DNA of 64,000 nt. Origin: an uncultured Sphingomonas sp. Lineage in GTDB: Bacteria; Pseudomonadota; Alphaproteobacteria; Sphingomonadales; Sphingomonadaceae. The stretch lies in contig CAJYLQ010000048.1 of the NCBI GenBank assembly GCA_913775975.1, positions 1,292-65,291 of the forward strand. Reading direction: 5' to 3'. The position numbers and the translations under genes were made by a program. This document shows, in pieces, positions 1 to 10,030 of the stretch (position 1 is its first letter; every line of letters starts with the position of its first letter). A model generated the notes under the pieces. The model did no database searches. It had not been told where the DNA came from and saw only the letters and a list, made by a program, of their open reading frames with translations.

Positions 1-714
1 GTGCTGGCGACCGAGCTGCTCGGCTTCGATCCGCAACGCTGGGCGGTGTTCAACATCGCGATCCAGCCCGGCGCGATCCTGGCGATCGTCGTCCTCTACT
101 GGCGCACCTTCATGGCGGTGCTGACCGGGCTGATGAAGCGGGAGCCGAATTCGGTCGCGTTCGTGCGCAACCTGCTGATCGCGTTCGTGCCGGCGGCGGT
201 GCTGGGCTTCGCGTTCAACAGCCAGATCGAGGCGTTGCTGGAAAGCGCGAAGGTCGTCGCCTGGGCACTGATCGCGGGCGGCATCGGCATCCTGGTCATC
301 GAGCGGCTCGCCAGCCCCCGTCAGGACGGGGGTATCGCCGGCGTGACGATGGGGCAGTCGCTGAAGATCGGCCTCGTCCAGTGCATCGCGATGATCCCCG
401 GCGTCAGCCGGTCGGGCGCGACGATCATGGGCGCGATGGCGCTGGGGATCGAGCGGCGGACGGCGGCCGAGTTCAGCTTCTTCCTGGCGCTGCCGACGCT
501 GACCGGCGCGACGGTGCTGCAGATGGCCAAGCATCATCACGAGATTACCGCCGACAGCCTGTCGCTGATCGGCATCGGGTTCGTCGTGTCCTTCGTCGTC
601 GCGCTTGCGGTGGTTAAGGGGTTCATGGCGCTCGTGACGCGCCATGGCTTCGCGCTCTTTGCTTGGTATCGCATTGTTGCGGGAATTGCCGCCCTTGCTT
701 TCCTGTATCGCTAA
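1..714 (+). CDS. uppP: Undecaprenyl-diphosphate phosphatase (BacA/UppP), 5' end probably outside window
   Basis: Motifs IAIQPGAILA, PGVSRSGATI, AAEFSFFLA and FAWYRI; hydrophobic membrane protein. Confidence 0.95.
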   Translation: MLATELLGFDPQRWAVFNIAIQPGAILAIVVLYWRTFMAVLTGLMKREPNSVAFVRNLLIAFVPAAVLGFAFNSQIEALLESAKVVAWALIAGGIGILVIERLASPRQDGGIAGVTMGQSLKIGLVQCIAMIPGVSRSGATIMGAMALGIERRTAAEFSFFLALPTLTGATVLQMAKHHHEITADSLSLIGIGFVVSFVVALAVVKGFMALVTRHGFALFAWYRIVAGIAALAFLYR

Positions 715-863
715 ATATGCCAGATCGGACCTGAAAACCGTTCGCATCTGCAAAATAATTCGACGGCATCGCTGATGATTGGCAGAATGCGTCAGCATTA
801 CTGACTTGTAGGTGGAAATCGACTCCGGCAAGGGGCCAATGTGCTCTTTTCTGGAGGCGGTGC

Positions 864-2318
864 ATGGCCGACAATCCGATGCTGAAGTTCGTGGTCGAGG
901 GGCAGGCCTATCCGCCCAAGCGACCCGCCGCGCTGCGTGCGGAGGATTTTCGCGAGATCGCCGACCGCTATGCGCCGGAAGCGGCGGAGGATCAGGCGTC
1001 GCGCTGCTCGCAATGCGGCGTGCCCTATTGCTCGGTGCACTGCCCGCTCCACAACCATATCCCCGACTGGCTGCGCCTGACCGCGGAGGGGCGGCTGCGC
1101 GAGGCGTATGAGCTGTCGAACAGCACCTCGACCATGCCCGAAATCTGCGGCCGCATCTGCCCGCAGGACCGGCTGTGCGAGGGCAATTGCGTGATCGAGT
1201 TTTCCGGCCACGGCGCCGTGACGATCGGTTCCGTCGAGAAGTTCATCACCGACACCGCATGGGCGGAGGGCTGGGTGGAGCCGGTCGCGGTCGGGCCGGC
1301 GCGGGGCCAGTCGGTCGGCGTGATAGGCGCGGGGCCGGCGGGGCTGACGGCGGCGGAATATCTGCGCGGCAACGGCTATGAGGTCCATGTCTATGACCGG
1401 CACGACCGGGCGGGCGGGCTGCTGACCTATGGCATCCCCGGCTTCAAGCTGGAGAAGCCGGTGGTGATGCGCCGGATCGAGCGGCTGGCGGCGGCCGGCA
1501 TCACCTTCCACTATGGTTTCGCGGTCGGCGAGCAGGCGAATCTGGACGAACTGCGCCAGCGGCATGACGCGATTCTGATCGCGACCGGCGTCTACAAGGC
1601 GCGGCAGGTGGAGGTGGCGGGCAACGCCACGCCCGGCGTCGTCGCGGCGCTGGATTATCTGACCGCGTCGAACCGCAAGAGCTTCGGTGACGCGGTGCCG
1701 GCGTTCGACGACGGCTCGCTCGACGCGAACGGCAAGCGCGTCGTCGTGATCGGCGGCGGCGACACCGCGATGGACTGCGTCCGCACCGCGATCCGCCAGG
1801 GCGCGACGTCGGTGAAGTGCCTGTATCGCCGTGACCGGGCGAACATGCCGGGCTCGCAGCGCGAGGTCGCCAATGCCGAGGAGGAGGGCGCCGAATTCGT
1901 CTGGCTCTCCGCCCCGCTGGCCTTCGAGGGTGAAGGCGAGAGTGGGGGCAAGGTCAGCGGTGTCCGCGCCAGCCGGATGCGGCTGGGCGCGCCCGATGCC
2001 AGCGGCCGACGCGCGCCGGAGGTCGACCCGGGCGGGGAGATGGCGCTGGACGCGGAACTAGTCATCAAGGCGCTGGGCTTCGACGCCGAAGACCTGCCGA
2101 CCCTGTGGGACGCCGCCGAACTGGGCGTCAGCCGCTGGGGTACGGTGCTGGTCGATGGCAAAACGCTGATGACCAGCCTGGACGGCGTGTTCGCGGCCGG
2201 CGACATCGTGCGCGGGGCAAGCCTGGTGGTGTGGGCGATCCGCGACGGGCGTGACGTCGCCGCCTCCATGCACAAATGGCTGAAGGCAAAGGCGCGGGCC
2301 GAGAAGGTGGCCGCGTGA
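864..2318 (+). CDS. gltD: Glutamate synthase small subunit
   Basis: N-terminal Fe-S Cys clusters (CSQCGVPYC, CGRICPQDRLCEGNC), GAGPAG and GGGDTAMD dinucleotide motifs; upstream of gltB; SD GGAGG. Confidence 0.96.
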   Translation: MADNPMLKFVVEGQAYPPKRPAALRAEDFREIADRYAPEAAEDQASRCSQCGVPYCSVHCPLHNHIPDWLRLTAEGRLREAYELSNSTSTMPEICGRICPQDRLCEGNCVIEFSGHGAVTIGSVEKFITDTAWAEGWVEPVAVGPARGQSVGVIGAGPAGLTAAEYLRGNGYEVHVYDRHDRAGGLLTYGIPGFKLEKPVVMRRIERLAAAGITFHYGFAVGEQANLDELRQRHDAILIATGVYKARQVEVAGNATPGVVAALDYLTASNRKSFGDAVPAFDDGSLDANGKRVVVIGGGDTAMDCVRTAIRQGATSVKCLYRRDRANMPGSQREVANAEEEGAEFVWLSAPLAFEGEGESGGKVSGVRASRMRLGAPDASGRRAPEVDPGGEMALDAELVIKALGFDAEDLPTLWDAAELGVSRWGTVLVDGKTLMTSLDGVFAAGDIVRGASLVVWAIRDGRDVAASMHKWLKAKARAEKVAA

Positions 2319-2899
2319 TGCGCGCGATCGCCCTTTTCGCGGCGCTGGGTATCGCCGCGCCGGCGGTCGCTCAGACGGCTCCGGCCGCGCCTGTCGCCTC
2401 GCCGGCTGTCGATCCCGCCCGGCTCGCCGCCGCGCAACGGCTGTTCGATGTCATCATGCCGCCGGCGACGCGCCAGCAGATGATGCAGGCGATGCTGCAG
2501 CCGCTGCTGGGCAACATCAGCAAGGGGATGACGAGCAACCCGCAATTCGCGCAGGCGATGAGCGCGGACCCGAAGGTCGCGGCCGCCTTCGATCGGTTCA
2601 TGGCGCAGCAGCAGGCGCGGACCATCGAGATGATCCAGACGTCGCTGCCGCAGATGGTTCAGGCGATGTCGCGCGCCTATGCCCGGCGTTTCGACGTGGC
2701 GCAGCTGGGCGAGCTGGAGCGGTTCTTCCGGACGCCGACCGGCGCGGCCTATCTGCGCGAATCGATGACGATCATGAGCGATCCCGACGTCGCGGCCTGG
2801 CAGCGGACCATGATGACCGATTCGATGAACCGCGTTCAGCAGGATGCGATGGCGTTCGCCAAGGAAGTGGCCGCCATCAAGCAGGGTGAGACGAAGTGA
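2318..2899 (+). CDS. Secreted DUF2059-like protein
   Basis: Signal peptide MRAIALF...AVAQ; YARRFDVAQLGELERFFRTPTG motif typical of DUF2059; ATG overlaps gltD stop (TGATG). Confidence 0.8.
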   Translation: MRAIALFAALGIAAPAVAQTAPAAPVASPAVDPARLAAAQRLFDVIMPPATRQQMMQAMLQPLLGNISKGMTSNPQFAQAMSADPKVAAAFDRFMAQQQARTIEMIQTSLPQMVQAMSRAYARRFDVAQLGELERFFRTPTGAAYLRESMTIMSDPDVAAWQRTMMTDSMNRVQQDAMAFAKEVAAIKQGETK

Positions 2900-5800
2900 T
2901 GACCGACCAGCGCGCCTATCTCGCCGAACACGGCATGTACCGTCCCGAGTTCGAGGGCGATGCGTGCGGCGTCGGCATGGTCGCCGCGACCGATGGCAAG
3001 CCGTCGCGCCGGGTCGTCCAGTCGGCGATCGACGCGCTGAAGGCGGTGTGGCACCGCGGCGCGGTCGATGCCGATGGCAAGACCGGCGACGGCGCGGGCA
3101 TCCATCTGGACCTGCCGCACCGTTTCTTCGACGATGCGATCGCGCTGTCGGGGCACAAGGTGCTGCCGAACCGGCTGGCGGTCGGCATGGTCTTCCTGCC
3201 GCGCACCGACCTGGGGGCGCAGGAGGCGTGCCGGACGATCGTGGAAAGCGCGATCATCGAGGCGGGCTACACCATCTATGGCTGGCGGCAGGTGCCGGTC
3301 GACGTCTCCGTCATCGGGATGAAGGCGCAGGCGACCCGGCCGGAGATCGAGCAGATCATGATCGCCGGCCCGATGCCCGACGCGATGAGCGAGGCGGAGT
3401 TCGAGAAGAACCTGTACCTCGTCCGCCGTCGCATCGAGAAGCGGGTGATCGCCGCGCAGATCAGCGGCTTCTACATCTGTTCGCTGTCGGCACGCTCGAT
3501 CGTGTACAAGGGGCTGTTCCTGGCGGAGAGCCTGTCGGTCTTCTACCCCGACCTGACCGATCAGCGGTTCGAGAGCCGCGTCGCGATCTTCCACCAGCGT
3601 TATTCCACCAACACCTTCCCGCAATGGTGGCTGGCGCAGCCGTTCCGGTGCCTCGCCCATAACGGCGAGGTCAACACGATCCGCGGCAACAAGAACTGGA
3701 TGCTCAGCCACGAGATCCGGATGGCCAGCATCGCGTTCGGCGACAATTCGGAGGATATCAAGCCGGTGATCCCGGCCGGCGCGTCCGACACCGCCGCGCT
3801 CGATGCGGTCTTCGAGACGATCTGTCGCTCCGGCCGCGACGCGCCGACCGCCAAGCTGATGCTGGTGCCGGAGGCATGGCAGGCGGGCGACACGCCGCCC
3901 GACCATGCGGCGATGTACCAGTATCTCGCCTCCGTGATGGAGCCGTGGGACGGACCGGCCGCGCTCGCCATGACCGATGGCCGTTGGGCGGTCGCGGGGA
4001 TGGACCGCAACGCGCTGCGCCCGCTGCGCTACACCCGCACCAATGACGGGCTGCTGATCGTCGGCTCCGAAAGCGGCATGGTCGTCGTTCCCGAAAGCAC
4101 GGTGATCGCCAAGGGCCGGCTGGGGCCGGGCCAGATGATCGCGGTCGATCTGGACGAGGGCGTCGTGCTGGAGGATCGCGCGGTCAAGGATCGGATCGCC
4201 GGCGAGCAGGACTATGCCGCGATGATCGGCGAGTTCCTGGCGCTGGACGACCTGCCGCCCGCGCCCGAGGAGGCGACCGTCCGCTATTCCCGCGCGGAAT
4301 TGGCGCGCCGCCAGGTCGCGGCGGGGCAGACGCTGGAGGACATGGAGCTGATCCTGTCGCCGATGGTCGATTCGGCCAAGGAGGCGATCGGATCGATGGG
4401 CGACGATACGCCGCTGGCCGTCATCAGCGACAAGCCACGCCTCATCAGCCAGTTCATCCGCCAGAATTTCAGTCAGGTCACGAATCCGCCGATCGACCCG
4501 CTGCGCGAGCGGTACGTGATGTCGCTGAAGACGCGGTTCGGCAATCTCGCCAACATCCTCGACGTGCGTGACGAGCGCGAGCGGGTGCTGGTGCTCGACT
4601 CGCCGGTGCTGACCGGCGCGAAATGGGCGCGGCTGAAGGCGCATTTCGGGCGCGCGGCGGCCGAGATCGACTGCACCTTCGAAGCCGAAGGCGGTCCCGA
4701 AAAGCTGCGCGCGGCGATCCAGCGCATCCGCAACCAGGCGGAACAGGCGGTGCGCGAGGGCCGGTCCGAGCTGTTCCTGACCGACGAGCACGTTTCCGAG
4801 GATCGCGTCGCGATCGCCGGCGTGCTGGCGGCGGCGGCGGTGCATACGCATCTCGTGCGCCGGGGCCTTCGCTCCTACGCGTCGATCAACGTGCGGTCGG
4901 CCGAGTGTCTCGACACGCACTATTACGCGGTGCTGATCGGCGTCGGTGCGACGACGGTGAACGCCTATCTGGCCGAGGCGGCGATCGTCGACCGGCATAC
5001 CCGCGGCCTGTTCGGCGACCTGACGCTGGAGCAATGCCTGACCCGCCATCGCGTCGCGATCGAGGAAGGGCTGCTGAAGATCATGTCGAAGATGGGGATC
5101 GCGGTGATCTCCAGCTATCGCGGCGGCTATAATTTCGAGGCGGTGGGCCTGTCCCGTGCGCTTGTGAACGACCTGTTCCCGGGGATGCCGGCCAAGATCT
5201 CCGGCGAGGGCTATAACTCGCTGCACTATTCGGCGATGGTCCGGCACGAGGCGGCGTTCGACAGCGGCGTCGCCAACCTGCCGATCGGCGGCTTCTATCG
5301 CCAGCGCAACGGCGGCGAGACGCATGCGTACTCGGCGCAGCTGATGCACCTGTTGCAGACCGCGGTCGCGACCGACAGCTATTCGACGTACCTGCAGTTC
5401 AGCCGCGGCGTCAGCGACCTGCCTCCGGTCTATCTGCGCGACCTGCTGCAGTTCAACTTTCCCGGCGAGGGTGTACCGATCGACCAGGTCGAGGCGATCA
5501 CGGAGATCCGCAAGCGCTTCGTGACGCCGGGCATGTCGCTGGGCGCGCTGTCGCCCGAGGCGCACGAGACGCTGGCGATCGCGATGAACCGCATCGGCGC
5601 CAAGGCGGTGTCGGGTGAGGGCGGCGAGGACAAGGCGCGCTATTCGCCGTACGAGAATGGCGACAACGCCAATTCGGGCGTGAAGCAGATCGCGTCCGGC
5701 CGGTTCGGCGTGACCGCCGAATATCTGAACGCCTGCGAGGAGATCGAGATCAAGGTCGCGCAGGGCGCCAAGCCCGGCGAGGGCGGCCAGCTGCCCGGCT

Positions 5801-7401
5801 TCAAGGTGACCGAGTTCATCGCGCGGCTGCGCCATGCGACGCCGGGCGTGACGCTGATCAGCCCGCCGCCGCACCACGATATCTATTCGATCGAGGATCT
5901 CGCGCAGCTCATCTATGACTGCAAGCAGATCAACCCACGCGCGCGCGTCTGCGTGAAGCTGGTCAGCTCGGCGGGCATCGGCACGGTCGCGGCGGGCGTG
6001 GCGAAGGCGCATGCCGACGTGATCCTCGTCTCCGGCCATGTCGGCGGCACGGGCGCGTCCCCGCAAACCTCGATCAAATATGCCGGCACGCCGTGGGAAA
6101 TGGGCCTGTCGGAGGTGAACCAGACGCTGACCCTCAACAGCCTGCGCGGGCGCATCCGCCTGCGCGCGGACGGCGGCCTGAAGACCGGGCGCGACATCGT
6201 GATCGCGGCGATCCTGGGCGCGGAGGAGTTCGGCATCGGCACGCTCAGCCTCGTCGCGATGGGCTGCATCATGGTGCGCCAGTGCCATTCGAACACCTGC
6301 CCGGTCGGCGTCTGCGTGCAGGACGAACGCCTGCGCGCCAAGTTTACCGGCACGCCGGAAAAGGTCATCAACCTGATGACCTTCATCGCCGAGGAGGTGC
6401 GCGACATCCTGGCGCGGCTGGGCTGCAAGTCGCTCGACGAGGTGATCGGTCGCACCGAGTTCCTGCGGCAGGTCAGCCGCGGCGCCGAGCATCTCGACGA
6501 TCTCGACCTCAATCCGATCCTGGCCAAGGTGGATGCGGACGAGAGCCAGCGGCGCTTCAGCCTGTCGACGTTCCGTAACGCGGTGCCCGACAGCCTGGAC
6601 GCGCAGATCATCAAGGATGCCGCCGCCGTCTTCTCGCGCGGGGAAAAGATGCAGCTGACCTATTCGGTGCGCAACACGCACCGCGCGGTCGGCACCCGCC
6701 TGTCGAGCGAGATCACCCGCACGTTCGGGATGGACAAGCTGGCGGACGGGCATGTCACGGTGCGGCTGCGCGGATCGGCGGGCCAGTCGCTCGGCGCGTT
6801 CCTGTGCAAGGGCATCACGCTGGAGGTGTTCGGCGACGCCAACGACTATGTCGGCAAGGGCCTGTCGGGCGGCACGATCATCGTGCGGCCGGCGGTGTCG
6901 TCGCCGCTCGCCAGCCAGGACAATACGATCGTCGGCAACACCGTGCTGTACGGCGCGACCAGCGGCCGGCTCTATGCGGCGGGGCAGGCGGGCGAGCGGT
7001 TCGCGGTGCGCAATTCGGGCGCGATCGTCGTGGTCGAGGGCTGCGGCGCGAACGGCTGCGAGTATATGACCGGCGGCGTCGCGGTGGTGCTGGGCGGCGT
7101 CGGCGCGAACTTCGGCGCCGGGATGACCGGCGGCATGGCGTTCATCTACGATGCCGATGGCAGCTTCGAGAGGCGTGCCAACCCGGAAAGCATCGTCTGG
7201 CAGCGGATCGCCAGCGCGCACTGGGAAAGCCGGCTCCACACGCTCGTCAGCGAACATGCCGCCGCGACCGACAGCAAATGGTCGAAGGGGCTGCTGGAGG
7301 ACTGGGACCGGATCGCCGGCAATTTCTGGCAGGTGGTGCCAAAGGAAATGCTGTCGCGCCTGTCGCATCCGCTGGACGACACGGCCGAGGCGGCGGAGTA
7401 A
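2899..7401 (+). CDS. gltB: Glutamate synthase large subunit
   Basis: DACGVG amidotransferase N-terminus, HQRYSTNT, QGAKPGEGGQLPG, GCIMVRQCHSNTCPVG; about 1500 aa. Confidence 0.98.
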   Translation: MTDQRAYLAEHGMYRPEFEGDACGVGMVAATDGKPSRRVVQSAIDALKAVWHRGAVDADGKTGDGAGIHLDLPHRFFDDAIALSGHKVLPNRLAVGMVFLPRTDLGAQEACRTIVESAIIEAGYTIYGWRQVPVDVSVIGMKAQATRPEIEQIMIAGPMPDAMSEAEFEKNLYLVRRRIEKRVIAAQISGFYICSLSARSIVYKGLFLAESLSVFYPDLTDQRFESRVAIFHQRYSTNTFPQWWLAQPFRCLAHNGEVNTIRGNKNWMLSHEIRMASIAFGDNSEDIKPVIPAGASDTAALDAVFETICRSGRDAPTAKLMLVPEAWQAGDTPPDHAAMYQYLASVMEPWDGPAALAMTDGRWAVAGMDRNALRPLRYTRTNDGLLIVGSESGMVVVPESTVIAKGRLGPGQMIAVDLDEGVVLEDRAVKDRIAGEQDYAAMIGEFLALDDLPPAPEEATVRYSRAELARRQVAAGQTLEDMELILSPMVDSAKEAIGSMGDDTPLAVISDKPRLISQFIRQNFSQVTNPPIDPLRERYVMSLKTRFGNLANILDVRDERERVLVLDSPVLTGAKWARLKAHFGRAAAEIDCTFEAEGGPEKLRAAIQRIRNQAEQAVREGRSELFLTDEHVSEDRVAIAGVLAAAAVHTHLVRRGLRSYASINVRSAECLDTHYYAVLIGVGATTVNAYLAEAAIVDRHTRGLFGDLTLEQCLTRHRVAIEEGLLKIMSKMGIAVISSYRGGYNFEAVGLSRALVNDLFPGMPAKISGEGYNSLHYSAMVRHEAAFDSGVANLPIGGFYRQRNGGETHAYSAQLMHLLQTAVATDSYSTYLQFSRGVSDLPPVYLRDLLQFNFPGEGVPIDQVEAITEIRKRFVTPGMSLGALSPEAHETLAIAMNRIGAKAVSGEGGEDKARYSPYENGDNANSGVKQIASGRFGVTAEYLNACEEIEIKVAQGAKPGEGGQLPGFKVTEFIARLRHATPGVTLISPPPHHDIYSIEDLAQLIYDCKQINPRARVCVKLVSSAGIGTVAAGVAKAHADVILVSGHVGGTGASPQTSIKYAGTPWEMGLSEVNQTLTLNSLRGRIRLRADGGLKTGRDIVIAAILGAEEFGIGTLSLVAMGCIMVRQCHSNTCPVGVCVQDERLRAKFTGTPEKVINLMTFIAEEVRDILARLGCKSLDEVIGRTEFLRQVSRGAEHLDDLDLNPILAKVDADESQRRFSLSTFRNAVPDSLDAQIIKDAAAVFSRGEKMQLTYSVRNTHRAVGTRLSSEITRTFGMDKLADGHVTVRLRGSAGQSLGAFLCKGITLEVFGDANDYVGKGLSGGTIIVRPAVSSPLASQDNTIVGNTVLYGATSGRLYAAGQAGERFAVRNSGAIVVVEGCGANGCEYMTGGVAVVLGGVGANFGAGMTGGMAFIYDADGSFERRANPESIVWQRIASAHWESRLHTLVSEHAAATDSKWSKGLLEDWDRIAGNFWQVVPKEMLSRLSHPLDDTAEAAE

Positions 7402-7509
7402 CCGCCCCGGCCGGCGTTGCCGCGATCGGCGGCGCCGGCCGGCGGCGATCGTTTGCCGATCGCCGCATCGCCGGTGGAACAACGCGGCCGCTCGTCCTAC
7501 AGGGTGGGC

Positions 7510-8181
7510 ATGTGGCAGCTCTATCAATTCCCCATCTGTCCCTTCAGCCGTAAGGTGCGCCTCGTCCTGGGGGAGAAGGGCGTCGGGTACGAGCTGGTGC
7601 GCGAATCGCCCTGGGCGCGGCGGGACGAGTTCATCGACATGAACCCCGCCGGGCAGACGCCGGTGATGGTCGATCCGGGGCGCGGTATCCTGCTGATCGA
7701 TTCGCAGGCGATCGTCGAATATTTCGAGGAGACGGTCGACAAGGCCACTATGATCTCCGGCACCGCGACCGGCCGGGCGGAGATCCGGCGGCTGACGACG
7801 TGGTTCGACACGCAGTTCTTCCGCGACGTCACCGGGCCGCTGCTGCACGAGCGGCTGGTGAAGCGGATCGCGCAGCGCGCGACTCCGGATGCGCGGGCGC
7901 TGCGCGAGGCGATGAAGGGCGCGGTCGGGCATCTCGACTATACCGATTACCTGCTCGATCACCGGCAATGGCTGGGCGGCGCGACGATGAGCCTGGCCGA
8001 CCTGACGGCGGCGGCGCATATCTCGGTCGCCGATTATCTGGGCGGGATCGACTGGAAGGGGCATGAGCAGACCGCGCGCTGGTATCGCGGGCTGAAGAGC
8101 CGCCCCTCGTTCCGCCCGCTGCTGTCCGAACGGATGGAGCTGGTCGGGCCGCCGAGCCATTACGACAACCTGGATTTCTGA
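7510..8181 (+). CDS. fzlA: GST-fold FtsZ-binding protein FzlA
   Basis: CPFSRKVRL, MNPAGQTPV, KSRPSFRPLL and C-terminal HYDNLDF resemble the alphaproteobacterial FzlA subfamily of GSTs. Confidence 0.8.
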   Translation: MWQLYQFPICPFSRKVRLVLGEKGVGYELVRESPWARRDEFIDMNPAGQTPVMVDPGRGILLIDSQAIVEYFEETVDKATMISGTATGRAEIRRLTTWFDTQFFRDVTGPLLHERLVKRIAQRATPDARALREAMKGAVGHLDYTDYLLDHRQWLGGATMSLADLTAAAHISVADYLGGIDWKGHEQTARWYRGLKSRPSFRPLLSERMELVGPPSHYDNLDF

Positions 8182-8184
8182 GCC

Positions 8185-8526
8185 ATGGCCGAGACAATCG
8201 CATTCGACGACTTCATGCGGGTCGATATCCGCGTCGGCACGGTCGTCGCGGCCGAGCCGTTCCCGGAAGCGCGCAAGCCCGCGATCAAGCTGACGATCGA
8301 TTTCGGGCCAGAGATCGGGCGCAAGCGGTCCTCGGCGCAGATCACCGTCCATTATGCGCCCGAAACGCTGGTCGGGCGGCAGGTGGCGGCGGTCGTCAAT
8401 TTTCCGCCGCGGCAGATCGGGCCGTTCATGTCGGAGGTACTGACGCTGGGCTTCCCCGACGCGGACGGGGCGGTGGTGTTGATCGGTCCCGACCACAGCG
8501 TGCCGGACGGCGGGCGGCTGTTCTGA
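8185..8526 (+). CDS. csaA: tRNA-binding protein / chaperone CsaA
   Basis: DIRVGTV, SSAQIT, VNFPPRQIG, SEVLTLG (Trbp111/CsaA OB-fold). Confidence 0.92.
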   Translation: MAETIAFDDFMRVDIRVGTVVAAEPFPEARKPAIKLTIDFGPEIGRKRSSAQITVHYAPETLVGRQVAAVVNFPPRQIGPFMSEVLTLGFPDADGAVVLIGPDHSVPDGGRLF

Positions 8527-8529
8527 CGC

Positions 8530-8638
8530 CGCGAACGTTGAGACTGTTGAGGGTTGTGGGCGGTCCCGCCCAAGCAAATTCAGGGACTTGGCGCGAACGA
8601 TACACGCGAATGTTGCGACAGTCATGCTGTCGCAACAT
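8530..8638. repeat. Repeat family C copy (CGCGAAYGTTGAGACTGTTGAG) plus related 12-bp perfect hairpin
   Basis: 8530-8551 matches 40938-40959 at 21/22 nt; hairpin ATGTTGCGACAG-tcatg-CTGTCGCAACAT at 8610-8638. Confidence 0.7.
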
Positions 8639-8714
8639 GAGGAAATGGTCGGCGTCGGCATCACGCCGTCCTACCCCGTCGGGGCGGGTGTAGGACAGCG
8701 CGGAGCGGGGGCGC

Positions 8715-8924
8715 TTACTGGGCGGCGGCCGCCTTCTTGGCTTTCTTGCTGTAGTGATGATGGGCGACGGCGCAGCCCGCCATCGCGCCCATGACGGCAT
8801 GGCCCTTGCCCACGAAATGGCCGCCGACCGCGCCGGCCGCCGCGCCCCGGATGCAGCCTTTGGCCAGAACCGGCGACGCCGACACCATCAGCAGCGGCAG
8901 GGCGACGAGCGAGACGTAACGCAT
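8715..8924 (-). CDS. Small secreted glycine-zipper-like protein
   Basis: SD GGAGG, signal peptide, GCIRGAAAGAVGGH...GCAVAHHH. Confidence 0.75.
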   Translation of the reverse strand: MRYVSLVALPLLMVSASPVLAKGCIRGAAAGAVGGHFVGKGHAVMGAMAGCAVAHHHYSKKAKKAAAAQ

Positions 8925-9079
8925 CACGATATCCTCCAATGGATTGCGGAGGGATCAAGCGGCGAGGGGCGCGCGCTGTTCCGTTAAGCTTTGGTCATCA
9001 AGCCTTCATCGACGCCGGCGCGGGGCATGGGACAAACCGCCCCATCGACGCGGGGCTGGTCGATCACCACATCCCGTCC

Positions 9080-9535
9080 ATGACCGATCCCGACCCCCAC
9101 GCCCTTCCCGCCGCCACCGGCGCCGGGCGGTTCCGCTGGATCCTGCTCTGCGGCTGGCGGGGCCGATGCCCGCGCTGCGGCGAGGGGCGGATGTTCCGGT
9201 CGTGGCTTAAGGTGGCGGACCGATGCGGGGTCTGTGGGCTGGATTATCGCTTCGCCGCACCCGATGACGGGCCGGCATTCTTCTCGCTGTGCATCGTCGC
9301 CTTTCCGCTCGCGTTTCTGGTCGTGTGGATACAGGTCGCGTTCGATCCGCCCTGGTGGGTGCATCTGTTCACGTCGCTGCCGGTGATGGTGCTGGGCACG
9401 CTGCTGCCGCTACGGCCGATCAAGGGATGGCTGGTCGCATCGCAATTCGTCAACCGCGCGCAGGAACACGGCACGCGCGGCCTGTGGTCCGAGCTGCATG
9501 GCACGCGCGCGGGCAGCAATGATTTTGACCAGTGA
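9080..9535 (+). CDS. DUF983 family membrane protein
   Basis: GRCPRCGEG...CGVCG..DDGPAF, PPWWVH, LRPIKG. Confidence 0.88.
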   Translation: MTDPDPHALPAATGAGRFRWILLCGWRGRCPRCGEGRMFRSWLKVADRCGVCGLDYRFAAPDDGPAFFSLCIVAFPLAFLVVWIQVAFDPPWWVHLFTSLPVMVLGTLLPLRPIKGWLVASQFVNRAQEHGTRGLWSELHGTRAGSNDFDQ

Positions 9536-9965
9536 CGGCCGCCGACTGACGCTGATCGCCGCGCTGCTGGCGGTCGCCGGCTGTTCGGCGGACGATCACG
9601 AGGCGCGGCGGCAACGCGCCGGGCCGAATCCGGACCGGCAGGCGCTGGCGCGAGTCGCGAGCGCTGCGGCAGGCGCCCGGCGGTTCGCAGCCTGTGCCGC
9701 CTGCCATGCGATCAGCCCCGGTGCGCCCGATCGCAACGGGCCGAACCTGTACGGCGTGATGGGGCAGCCGATCGGCCGCAACAGCGCGCGCTTTGGCTAT
9801 ACGGCGGCGCTGCAAGGGGTGGGCGGCCGCTGGACGGCGGAACGGATGGATCGCTGGCTGGCGGACCCGCAAGCCTTCGCCCCGGGCACCGCGATGCGCT
9901 ATCCCGGCGTAAGCGATCCGCTGGACCGGGCGGACCTGATCGCGTTCATCGAAAGCCGGCGATAG
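9519..9965 (+). CDS. Cytochrome c (c2-like), probable lipoprotein
   Basis: CAACH heme motif, GPNLYGV, PGTAM axial Met; lipobox AVAGC. Confidence 0.88.
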   Translation: MILTSDGRRLTLIAALLAVAGCSADDHEARRQRAGPNPDRQALARVASAAAGARRFAACAACHAISPGAPDRNGPNLYGVMGQPIGRNSARFGYTAALQGVGGRWTAERMDRWLADPQAFAPGTAMRYPGVSDPLDRADLIAFIESRR

Positions 9966-10030
9966 CGCGCGCGACACGGCGCGCGATGACAGATGACGGC
10001 AGCGGCCTGCCGATCGCGATGGCCGGACAC

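Noticed and set aside
2836-8664. 1942-aa minus-strand ORF and many similar long antisense ORFs (e.g. 10720-13221, 48555-51260, 54592-57207)
   Set aside because: Shadow ORFs opposite well-supported genes; expected in high-GC DNA; no recognisable motifs.
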